64,000 bases of DNA from Verrucomicrobiota bacterium (GTDB lineage: Bacteria > Verrucomicrobiota > Lentisphaeria > JABSQK01 > JAJFLO01), in the NCBI GenBank assembly GCA_021772635.1, contig JAJFLP010000109.1, positions 7,317 to 71,316 of the forward strand, given 5' to 3'. Made by a program: the position numbers and the translations under genes. Positions within the stretch are counted from its first letter, which is position 1. Every line of letters starts with the position of its first letter. Below, piece after piece: positions 27,050-35,314 of this stretch. The notes beneath the pieces were generated by a model. It was not told the origin of the DNA, did not search any database, and saw only the letters and a list, made by a program, of their open reading frames with translations.

Positions 27050-30000
27050 TCATTTTCCGGGCGCGTCGATCGCATTTCGTACGGCGGGCAATAGCTCAGC
27101 GCTGCCGTACGGCTTTGCCAGCAGTTGGACGATACCTGCGCCTTCGGCCTTCGCCCGAATGTCGTCTGTCGCAAGCCCGGTAGCGGCGATTATTTTGACT
27201 TTAGCATTAAGCTTCCGCAGTGCGTGAGACAGTGTTATACCGTCCATGCCGGGCATCGTTATATCAACGACGACCACCGCGATTTCAGCCATTCGACTCT
27301 CGTATATTTCCAATGCCGTAGCCCCGTCTCCCGCCGACACAACCGCATAACCCAGGTCTGTGAGTAAATCGTCGATGATCTCAAGAACGAACGGCTCGTC
27401 ATCCACTATCATTATCAGTTCTCCGCTGCTCGTCGATGATGCGGTTTGCGGAACGGGAGGAATTACCAGCCCGGCGTCCAGGGTAATGGGGAGAAAGACC
27501 TTAAAAGTGGAGCCAGCGTCGGGTTCCGAGTAAACGTTGATGAATCCACCCCGGTTTCGGGCAATGCCGATGCAGGTGGATAGCCCGAGACCGGTCCCCT
27601 GGCCAACGTCTTTGGTCGTAAAAAACGGATCGAAAATCTTGTCGCGCACGGCTGCGGAAATACCAACCCCGGTATCACGTACTTCAAGGATCAAATATTG
27701 TCCGGGATCTGCCCGCTTCTCAGTCTTACAATAGGAGGCGTCCAAATAGACTGTGCTGGCACCCACGAAAAGTGTGCCGCCTTCCGGCATGGCGTCGCGA
27801 GCGTTTATACACAAGTTCAACATAATCTGATGGAACTGGGACGGATCGAAGATGATTGCCGGCAGGTCTGGTCCGATCTCTGTATCGATCCTGATGGTGC
27901 TGGGGAACGTCTCACGCAAGAGGAGAAGTACATCGTCAAGGGCCTCATTCGGCGACAAGGAGATTCTTTTACTGGGCCGATCTCCTGAATAAGTCAGAAC
28001 CTTCTGGACGATCTCTTTACCTCGCTCGGTATTCGTACGAATAACGGTTGTCAGTTTTCGAGCCCGTGCGCTGAATTGCTCTTTTTCCATCAGTTCAGTT
28101 GCCACTAATATTGGCAGAAGAATGTTATTCAGGTCGTGGGCGATGCCCCCGGCTAAGACTCCCAGGCTATCCAGTCGCTGGGCATGAAGGAATTGGGCTT
28201 CGAGGTGCTTTTTATCAGTTATATCAGTCGAGATGGCGAGAATGCGAACTGGTTGGGCGTCGGCATCACGCAGTTGCGTCAGGCGCGTAAAGATTATTAT
28301 ATCAGCGCCGTCGCTCCGCGTAGCAGAGAATTCGCCGGTCCACTGTCCGAATTCTATTGTGGCTTCGACCGCCGGTTCCAGTTCTTCCGGCTCTATCCCC
28401 ATCAGAGTTGCCATGGATTGTCCCTTGGCGGACTCGGCGTTGGCGCCGAAGATGTCTGCCGCGCCGTGACTCCAATAGGTGACGTTTCGTTCGAGGTCGC
28501 AAACCGTGATTGCGTCGGTGGCCAGGTCCAGCAGGCTCGCCTGCTCGACCAGGCGCGCCTCGGCTTCCCGAGTGGCGGTGACGTCCCAGTTGACGCCGAT
28601 CATGTTTTGCGTGGTACCGTCGGGGCCCGGCAGCGTTACGGCATGCGCTTCGAGATAGCGGATGTCCCCGTCGGGGCGGACAATTCGAAACTCCGTGTGA
28701 AACTCCGACTGCCCGGCAATCGCATCCGCCACCTTGCCGCTGGCGAAAGCGAAGTCATCCGGATGCACGGCGCGCTCCCAGTCGTGGACAGTCCCTTCAC
28801 AGCTGGCGGGAGTCGTGCCGTAAAGTAAATGCATCTGCTCGTCCCAGATGAGTTTATTGTCGCTGACATTATAGTCCCACATGCCGATCATCGCCGATTC
28901 GCAGGCCAGTTGCAACCGCTGTGCGGACTCCTGACTTCGTGTAACGTCCTGCATCTGTGTAATGAAATACAGGGGCTCATTTTGATCATCCCGCACCAGA
29001 GAAATACTGAGAAGCACCCAAACTGTGCTGCCGTTCTGATGGATATAACGCTTTTCTATCTGGTAAGTTTGAATTTTACCGGTGAGCATCTGTCGGACGT
29101 ACTCCCGATTCCAGTCAAGATCATCAGGGTGCGTGATATCCTCATAGGAGCTGGCCAGCAGTTTCGATTCCGAATAACCGGTCAGTTCACATAGCGCCCG
29201 GTTCACTTCAATGAATCGGCCGTCGGGGGCGTTCACCGACATGCCGACTGCGGCAAACTCGAAGGCGCTGGTAAAACGGGCGGTACTCAATCGGAGTTCT
29301 TCATCTGTCCGTTGGCGTTCGGTAATATCAAGGATGACTGCCAGAAAAACACCGTGTTCTCCAAATGGGGTGAGTTGCAGATGCACCTCCACGGGATACC
29401 GGCTGCCGTCGGCACGTTGATGTAGGGTTTCGAACTGGACCAAGTCGCGTTCGCCCGCTAGCAGCGGCGCGATGAGGTCGCGAAAGGCAGTTTCTGAGAA
29501 CTCGGGTTTGATGTCGAACGGCGTCATCTGCAGCATGTCTTCCTCGGAATAGCCGAGGTTGTTCAATGCACTGGCATTAAGATACTCGAAGCGCAACGAT
29601 TGCGCATCGAAAACATAGATCTCGTTAAGGCTGCGCTTGAGAATTTCCAGAAGCCGCGATCGTTCCTCTTCAGCAGCTTCCTGTTTCGTAACATCATGGG
29701 CGATTCCCATCGTCCCTGTAACGTCTTCATGTCTGTCGCGTATCGGAACAAACGAGGATACGAAGATCTGACCCGAAGCCGCCTCGAATTGAAACTCTGA
29801 GGCCCGACCCGCCATCGCATCGTGCATCAATATTTCGATCCGTTCCCGGTCGTTTTCGGATACTTTATCCAGATAGGGCGATCCGGTAATATCGTCTATA
29901 GATGATACTCCCATCATCTCCAGTCCGGCGCGATTCATCGTTGTTATCTTTCCGTCCAGATCGATCTGATGAATACCGTACGGTGATGTTTCCACCAGTA

Positions 30001-31204
30001 GACGATAGCGTTCCTCGCTCGCGCGCAATGTCTCCTCGGCCTGCCGCCGTTCGGTGATATTCTGGATCGTTCCTTGAATGCGGCCGTCGGGTAATAACCG
30101 CGCGCTCAGTTCGCCGGTGAACGTTCCGCTGTCGCGTCCTTGAAACCGCCATTCGCCGTCGATCCTGTTAATACTGCTTAGGCGTGTAAGTTCATGCTCA
30201 AGCTCTTTCCAACTGTCCGGGACGACTATATCCCGAAGTCGGAGCGATAGCAGCTCATCCTGGCTATAGCCAAGAAGATCGCAGACGTGTTGGTTGACAT
30301 TCGTGAGGCGTCCGTCGGTAGTGGCGACAAAGATGCCTATTGTGGCGAGTTCGAATAGGGTCTGGTATTTTTCCCGTTCATGGTCCGCTTCCTGTTGGCG
30401 ACGGGCAACTTCGTCCGCCATCTCATTCAGAGCCTGTCCGATTTGGGCCAGTTCGTCATAGCCGGTAAGTTCGACACGCGCCATGCGATCGCCGGTGCCT
30501 ATGCGGCGGGCGACTGTCACCAGAGCTTCGACGCGCCGGGTTATCAGGTGGTGGCCTACCCAGGCGAGGCCGACCGACAACAGCGTCAGCAGCGCGCCGA
30601 ACCGCAAAACACCGCGTCCGATCAGGTGCTCCGCGGCACGCCATGAACGAGTCTGGTCGTGTACCACAATTAAGGCACCTACGCGGGTGGGCCGCAGCTG
30701 ACCCGGTTCTATACCTAAAATCAACGGATAGACGCCGATCAGTACCGCGTCGTCGATACTCGCGATAATCTCGCCGATACGCTGATCCTTGGCCCGTTTT
30801 ATCGCCGCGGGAATGTCTATGTCGTCTGTGATTAGCGGAATCGACTCGATTGTCTCGGCAAGGCTGTCACCGACCGAGACTTGGCGATGTGCTGCGAAGA
30901 CGACGTTATCCTCGTTCAGTGCGAAAGCACCCAGAATATTTGGGGAGGCGGCCAGGCCGACTAAGACCCGCGGAACCTGACGAGGCGCATCATGCGCGAA
31001 AAAGTATTCAATGGACTCTTGGAGCGCGTCCAAATCGCGCCGCAACTCCCCATAGGTTTGTGATTTTTCTTGCTCTTTCAGAAGAGATGACAGAACGATC
31101 CCACTCCACAGGGACATTATGGCTGTAAACAGAATCAGGGCCGCGGCTACCGTAAAACGAAGGGAAAAACCGAGACGATAGGGGAGGGATGTTTTCGCGG
31201 TCAT
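27050..31204 (-). CDS. Hybrid sensor histidine kinase (N-terminal TM + periplasmic region, HAMP, about five PAS/PAC, HisKA, HATPase_c, C-terminal receiver)
   Basis: 1384 aa. H-box IAHDLNNILLPI, G-boxes DTGVGI / GTGLGLS, receiver IVDDEPFV...DITMPGMDG...LAKP. Start ATG overlaps the upstream SBP stop (ATGA). Confidence 0.85.
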   Translation of the reverse strand: MTAKTSLPYRLGFSLRFTVAAALILFTAIMSLWSGIVLSSLLKEQEKSQTYGELRRDLDALQESIEYFFAHDAPRQVPRVLVGLAASPNILGAFALNEDNVVFAAHRQVSVGDSLAETIESIPLITDDIDIPAAIKRAKDQRIGEIIASIDDAVLIGVYPLILGIEPGQLRPTRVGALIVVHDQTRSWRAAEHLIGRGVLRFGALLTLLSVGLAWVGHHLITRRVEALVTVARRIGTGDRMARVELTGYDELAQIGQALNEMADEVARRQQEADHEREKYQTLFELATIGIFVATTDGRLTNVNQHVCDLLGYSQDELLSLRLRDIVVPDSWKELEHELTRLSSINRIDGEWRFQGRDSGTFTGELSARLLPDGRIQGTIQNITERRQAEETLRASEERYRLLVETSPYGIHQIDLDGKITTMNRAGLEMMGVSSIDDITGSPYLDKVSENDRERIEILMHDAMAGRASEFQFEAASGQIFVSSFVPIRDRHEDVTGTMGIAHDVTKQEAAEEERSRLLEILKRSLNEIYVFDAQSLRFEYLNASALNNLGYSEEDMLQMTPFDIKPEFSETAFRDLIAPLLAGERDLVQFETLHQRADGSRYPVEVHLQLTPFGEHGVFLAVILDITERQRTDEELRLSTARFTSAFEFAAVGMSVNAPDGRFIEVNRALCELTGYSESKLLASSYEDITHPDDLDWNREYVRQMLTGKIQTYQIEKRYIHQNGSTVWVLLSISLVRDDQNEPLYFITQMQDVTRSQESAQRLQLACESAMIGMWDYNVSDNKLIWDEQMHLLYGTTPASCEGTVHDWERAVHPDDFAFASGKVADAIAGQSEFHTEFRIVRPDGDIRYLEAHAVTLPGPDGTTQNMIGVNWDVTATREAEARLVEQASLLDLATDAITVCDLERNVTYWSHGAADIFGANAESAKGQSMATLMGIEPEELEPAVEATIEFGQWTGEFSATRSDGADIIIFTRLTQLRDADAQPVRILAISTDITDKKHLEAQFLHAQRLDSLGVLAGGIAHDLNNILLPILVATELMEKEQFSARARKLTTVIRTNTERGKEIVQKVLTYSGDRPSKRISLSPNEALDDVLLLLRETFPSTIRIDTEIGPDLPAIIFDPSQFHQIMLNLCINARDAMPEGGTLFVGASTVYLDASYCKTEKRADPGQYLILEVRDTGVGISAAVRDKIFDPFFTTKDVGQGTGLGLSTCIGIARNRGGFINVYSEPDAGSTFKVFLPITLDAGLVIPPVPQTASSTSSGELIMIVDDEPFVLEIIDDLLTDLGYAVVSAGDGATALEIYESRMAEIAVVVVDITMPGMDGITLSHALRKLNAKVKIIAATGLATDDIRAKAEGAGIVQLLAKPYGSAELLPAVRNAIDAPGK

Positions 31205-32181
31205 TTGCGTAATTTCCGGGAGGAGATCGCCTGCTCGAGGGGACGGGAATCGATCAATTGGCTGAAATTCAGCGGTTCACGGAGCAGACCGGAACCGCGC
31301 ATGGAACTTTCCAGCCGCTTTACTGCCGCGTGCAACAGCGGCTTGCCCGATATGAATTGCCGCTGGTTCTCAGAGGCGTCGCCGAGGACGAGGCCAGTGT
31401 AAGCCAGCCGGGCGGCATCCGGGGATAACGCTAACTGGCGTGCCAGTTGCGGCAAGAAATCGTCGGGACGCGTTCGAAAACCGTCCAGTACTTGAAACCA
31501 GGAGCGAATGAGGACGGCCAAATCCTCCTGGCGGCTGTCCACAAACTCCTGGCGTGTGATTAAGACGTCTACGATTTCGCCGGGGATCATGGAACTGTCC
31601 CACAGGAGCTGTGCTCCCTCCGCTAGCAGCAGGCTGCGCACCGGCTCGAATGTGACCACGGCATCCACTTCTCCCGCTCGAAATGCGCGCTGGTGATCGT
31701 CCACCGACACCGATACGGGGATCACGTCCTTTGGTACCATGCCATTCAGCTCAAGCGCCCGACCAAGGACAAAGGCACCCAGGGCAGTTGATTCGTAGCC
31801 GACTTTCCGGCCGCGGAGGTGCGCTATGGTTTCGATTCCGGGTCGGCCTAAGATTACGTCGCCACCGTTAGATACGTCCAAAACAAGAACGATCCGCAGG
31901 TCGGGCACATTCTGGGCGAGCAGCAGCACCTCGTCCAACGTCAAAGCGACGGCATCGATTACTCGATTGCGGAACGCGCGCGCACCTTGGGTCGCCGAAG
32001 AGAATTCGACGATCGAGACGTGATTGTGCCCCAGATAGCCTGATTCCGCGGCCAATTGCAGCGGCTCATATCCCGGCCACCGCATTTTGCCGATCCGCAG
32101 TGGCGACTTCGGTTCGGGTCCGCAACCCGGCATTAATAACAACGAGAGATAAACCAGGACAATGAAGCAGTGTCTGTGCAC
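31201..32181 (-). CDS. SsuA/NMT1-like periplasmic binding lipoprotein (probable sensory partner of the downstream kinase)
   Basis: Lipobox LLMPGCG. Fold-level similarity to the partial SBP at 1-438 (GYEPLQLAAESGYL vs FQFAGYYAALWNGYY). Translationally coupled to the kinase. Confidence 0.55.
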   Translation of the reverse strand: MHRHCFIVLVYLSLLLMPGCGPEPKSPLRIGKMRWPGYEPLQLAAESGYLGHNHVSIVEFSSATQGARAFRNRVIDAVALTLDEVLLLAQNVPDLRIVLVLDVSNGGDVILGRPGIETIAHLRGRKVGYESTALGAFVLGRALELNGMVPKDVIPVSVSVDDHQRAFRAGEVDAVVTFEPVRSLLLAEGAQLLWDSSMIPGEIVDVLITRQEFVDSRQEDLAVLIRSWFQVLDGFRTRPDDFLPQLARQLALSPDAARLAYTGLVLGDASENQRQFISGKPLLHAAVKRLESSMRGSGLLREPLNFSQLIDSRPLEQAISSRKLRK

Positions 32182-32234
32182 GATGTAAGCCTTCGTTCGT
32201 ACCTTAAATATTTCGCCGAACGGTCGCGAAAAGC

Positions 32235-32256
32235 GAATGGTGAATGGTGAATGGTG
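32235..32256. repeat. Heptanucleotide tandem repeat (GAATGGT)x3
   Basis: GCGAATGGTGAATGGTGAATGGTG, ~55 bp upstream of the SBP-kinase operon start. Confidence 0.6.
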
Positions 32257-32620
32257 CTAATTAAATTTATCCTGAACGAAGTAGAAATTCAAGGTGACGA
32301 CTTGGTATTTGAGTCGACTTTCAGACAATCCAAACTTTTTCAAAACCTCCTACACCGAGTCGAACCCAGTAGTATTCGGCATGCTTAATGCTCGCCTCGG
32401 GGTCGGTACTAAGTTTTTGATATTCATTCCCTCCGAATATCAAAAAATAGGCCTGACCCCAGTAGTGCCAAGAGCATAACCCATGCCGAACACAACTGGC
32501 TTGCAGTATAGCTAGGATTCGACGGCGTCGTAGCAATGTTTTATTTTGGTAAGTTCATATCTCGCGGGCTTGTTCCGGGGAGTTGATTTAGTTTAGAAAT
32601 GAACTACTTTATAACCACTG

Positions 32621-32920
32621 ATGGAGGAAAATATGACTAATATCACGGTAAGGAACATACCGGACGAGGTGATGAGTAAGATTAAAATCTTATCTGCAAA
32701 CGAAAGAAGAAGTCTCAATAATGAGATCCTGGTACTTTTAGAGACCGGTTTGGAAAAAACGCTGAATGAGGATGCGGGGCTGAAATTGCACGCGAATAAA
32801 GAGACGCAGCTAAACATCTGGGAGAAACTGTGCGGTCAGTGGGATGACACGCGAGACACACAGGAAATTCTGGCCGATATAAGGGATCGCCGGACTATAG
32901 GGCGACAGGTGACTCTATGA
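32621..32920 (+). CDS. Ribbon-helix-helix (Arc/FitA-like) antitoxin
   Basis: NITVRNIPDEVMSKIKILSANERRSLNNEILVLLE. ATGA overlap with the following PIN gene. Confidence 0.55.
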   Translation: MEENMTNITVRNIPDEVMSKIKILSANERRSLNNEILVLLETGLEKTLNEDAGLKLHANKETQLNIWEKLCGQWDDTRDTQEILADIRDRRTIGRQVTL

Positions 32921-33309
32921 TTTTGTGTGATACAGACGTTTGTATCGAATTACTACGGGGTAATCGCAATGTAATAGAGAGGCGAACCCGGGTTGCAGAA
33001 CGCATTTCTGTCTCGTTCGTAACAGTTGGCGAACTTTATTATGGCTCGGAGAAATCTGGTAATACGAGAAAGAATCAGATTCTAATCGAGGAATTCTTAT
33101 TGTCCGTCGGAATCATCAATTCGTCTAATTCCATAATGAGAAAGTTCGGCGAATTGAGGGCGAGGCTTGAGAGTCGCGGCAGCGGTCTTCCGGATGCGGA
33201 TATTATGATTGCGGCAACTTGCGTGGTCCAATGTGAGAAACTAATCACTGGGAACGTGAAGCATTTTGATCGAATAGATGGACTACGGATAGAAAACTGG
33301 CTTCGATAG
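32917..33309 (+). CDS. PIN-domain toxin VapC
   Basis: MILCDTDVCIELL...DADIMIAATCV...GNVKHF. Confidence 0.8.
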   Translation: MILCDTDVCIELLRGNRNVIERRTRVAERISVSFVTVGELYYGSEKSGNTRKNQILIEEFLLSVGIINSSNSIMRKFGELRARLESRGSGLPDADIMIAATCVVQCEKLITGNVKHFDRIDGLRIENWLR

Positions 33310-33546
33310 AAATTTTTCCCTGATCTTTTATCGAATCGAAATGTCGATCAATACAGATTGCGTATGTAGACCTCAAGGGCCTGGTGAATCGCCGGCGCGG
33401 CAGCGCTCGGGAATATTCTCAATATCGCCCCCTCTACACCGGGTCGAACCTAACGCTCTCCGTTGCCGTTCCGAAACCCTCGACCTGGCTACGGTTCGCG
33501 GGTGTAATGATCGTATTACTCGTTGAGAAGTGTCGAGCTGACAGAG

Positions 33547-33858
33547 TTATCGGAACGGGCGCTGTTTATACACTTCAACGTGGTTGCCGATATCAAGAAG
33601 GATTATTTCTTTTTCAGTAACCTTCAAAGTGAGGATGATTCGATAACTATGCGTGAGGGTAACTGCTTGCAAACCTTCCAATTTGCCACGGAGAGGATGC
33701 AGATCGAGATGCGGTTGAAACGGATCTTTGATAAGATCGTCCGCTATTTGTGAGAAATCGGATTTCAGATCTGGATGCTTACGGAAAAATTTTCTAGCCC
33801 GGCGTAGAAAGGAGTTCGGAGTGACGAGAGTAAACATGTGATGGTTGATGGGGTTCAA
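33547..33858 (-). CDS. RelE/ParE-superfamily toxin
   Basis: About 95-103 aa, basic; C-terminal HSYRIILTLKVTEKEIILLDIGNH resembles RelE/YoeB core strands. Possible internal start at MFTLVTP. Confidence 0.5.
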   Translation of the reverse strand: MNPINHHMFTLVTPNSFLRRARKFFRKHPDLKSDFSQIADDLIKDPFQPHLDLHPLRGKLEGLQAVTLTHSYRIILTLKVTEKEIILLDIGNHVEVYKQRPFR

Positions 33859-34015
33859 GGTTCAACGAGCGAAAGTCAAGAGATACTGCAAGCAGTACAG
33901 TTTCTTGCCAACTTTGAGTTCGTTACCTAAGATCTATGTTGAGCCTAGCGAAATCCGCCGCGGTGGAAATGATATCTCGAAAACCCGATGGAGTTGGGTA
34001 GAATGAAATTGTGTT

Positions 34016-34294
34016 CTATAAATCCTTCTCAATATCGGCAAGCAGTTCTTTGGCACTGTTATAATGCATAGTCCTCCCGGATTCTACATCTTCCAGAGCG
34101 GTCCTAATGCGGGTAATATGTGCTTCCTTCTCCGACTCAATGAGTTCCTCGTAACACGCTTCCGTCATTACAACATACTGCGGCAGATTCTTTTTAATTA
34201 TGTGCACAGGTCCGAGTTTTAGGCTTTTGTCAAGGGCAGAGATCCCCCTTCTTTTTATTTCCTGAGCGGATATTGTATTCATTTGGTACTCCAT
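34016..34294 (-). CDS. Phd/YefM-family antitoxin
   Basis: 92 aa; GPVHIIKKNLPQYVVMTEACYEELIE. Upstream of RelE-like gene but separated from it by a 158-bp repeat copy. Confidence 0.5.
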   Translation of the reverse strand: MEYQMNTISAQEIKRRGISALDKSLKLGPVHIIKKNLPQYVVMTEACYEELIESEKEAHITRIRTALEDVESGRTMHYNSAKELLADIEKDL

Positions 34295-34615
34295 TCGGTA
34301 TTGAAAATAATACTAAAACTAGTTCTGAAATAGGTTTATGTCAAGCAAATCGAAATCCCTTTCACAATTTCACCTCGAAAAACCAGAAAGATTACGATTA
34401 CGAGATACGAATGGGAATGTTCGCTTATTTTGGGCCTAGGAGTCTGTCGGGCTTTAGCCGAATCGACTGCGAAAATGCCAAATTTTCTCATTTTCTCCCG
34501 AAATTTCATTGAATATGTCCAATATTCGCCTTATTTCGGAAAAAAATGGGCTCAATTTATCTATTTTCTCGCTACGATCCCTAAAGTCCGACAGACTCCT
34601 AGACAAGTCTTAGTC

Positions 34616-35014
34616 TTAGTCACCCTGTTCGACTCCAATAGAGATTTTTCCCTTGTCTTTTATCAAATCGAAGTGTCGATCAACACAATAGATTGTTAGC
34701 TTGTTCACCGAAGCAACGGTCGCCACAAAGATATCGTCTCGCGGTACCGTCACACCGTTATCTCGCAGTTTTCTCTCTATACTCGCCGCTTTCTCCCAGT
34801 AATTCGGTTCGAAGACGATCCGTTCGCAAAATCCTAAAGATTCATGGATGAAAGCCGCCTCGCTCGGTCGGGCTCCCACCAATAGCTCGAACAATATCGG
34901 ACAGGTATAGACTGCTTTATCTTCCATTATGAACGCCGCGACTCGACGTTTAACGATCGGGTTTCCGGTCTTTCGAAAGAATTCGATCCAAGCCGAAGTA
35001 TCAATTAGAGTCAT
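34616..35014 (-). CDS. PIN-domain toxin VapC
   Basis: MTLIDTSAWIEFF...DDIFVATVA...VDRHF. Confidence 0.8.
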   Translation of the reverse strand: MTLIDTSAWIEFFRKTGNPIVKRRVAAFIMEDKAVYTCPILFELLVGARPSEAAFIHESLGFCERIVFEPNYWEKAASIERKLRDNGVTVPRDDIFVATVASVNKLTIYCVDRHFDLIKDKGKISIGVEQGD

Positions 35015-35219
35015 AATTACTCATTCCCTCAAGTTCGTCGTTAGTCATACCGTAGTCAGACTGGCCATTTAGTATTTTTTGGATCATCTCGTTCTTTCGA
35101 CGATCGCGTATATATATTTTTAGAGCTTCGTGAATTGCCGGCGATTTCTTGCGAAGCCCAGTTGATTCTTGAATTTTGGAAATCATTTTATCATCAATAT
35201 CTATTGTGATTCTCATCAT
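35001..35219 (-). CDS. VapB-type antitoxin (MxxTIDIDD family)
   Basis: MMRITIDIDDKMISKIQE; overlaps VapC by 14 bp. Confidence 0.6.
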   Translation of the reverse strand: MMRITIDIDDKMISKIQESTGLRKKSPAIHEALKIYIRDRRKNEMIQKILNGQSDYGMTNDELEGMSNYDSN

Positions 35220-35280
35220 AATTCCTTATTTTTATATGATAAAATATATTTTTAAAGATGTTTTTTCAAATCGCAAATCT

Positions 35281-35308
35281 GAACCCTGAACCCTGAACCC
35301 TGAACCCT
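35281..35308. repeat. Heptanucleotide tandem repeat (GAACCCT)x4
   Basis: GAACCCTGAACCCTGAACCCTGAACCCT, between helicase stop and vapBC promoter region. Confidence 0.65.
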
Positions 35309-35314
35309 GTCTCT

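Noticed and set aside
32420-32500. Possible 5S rRNA fragment (CCTGACCCC and CCCATGCCGAAC resemble 5S helix II/loop B)
   Set aside because: The two motifs are separated by ~20 extra nt. Other 5S elements (GGTAGTG, terminal helix) are absent or in the wrong order. The region overlaps known dispersed-repeat modules. Most likely a chance resemblance.
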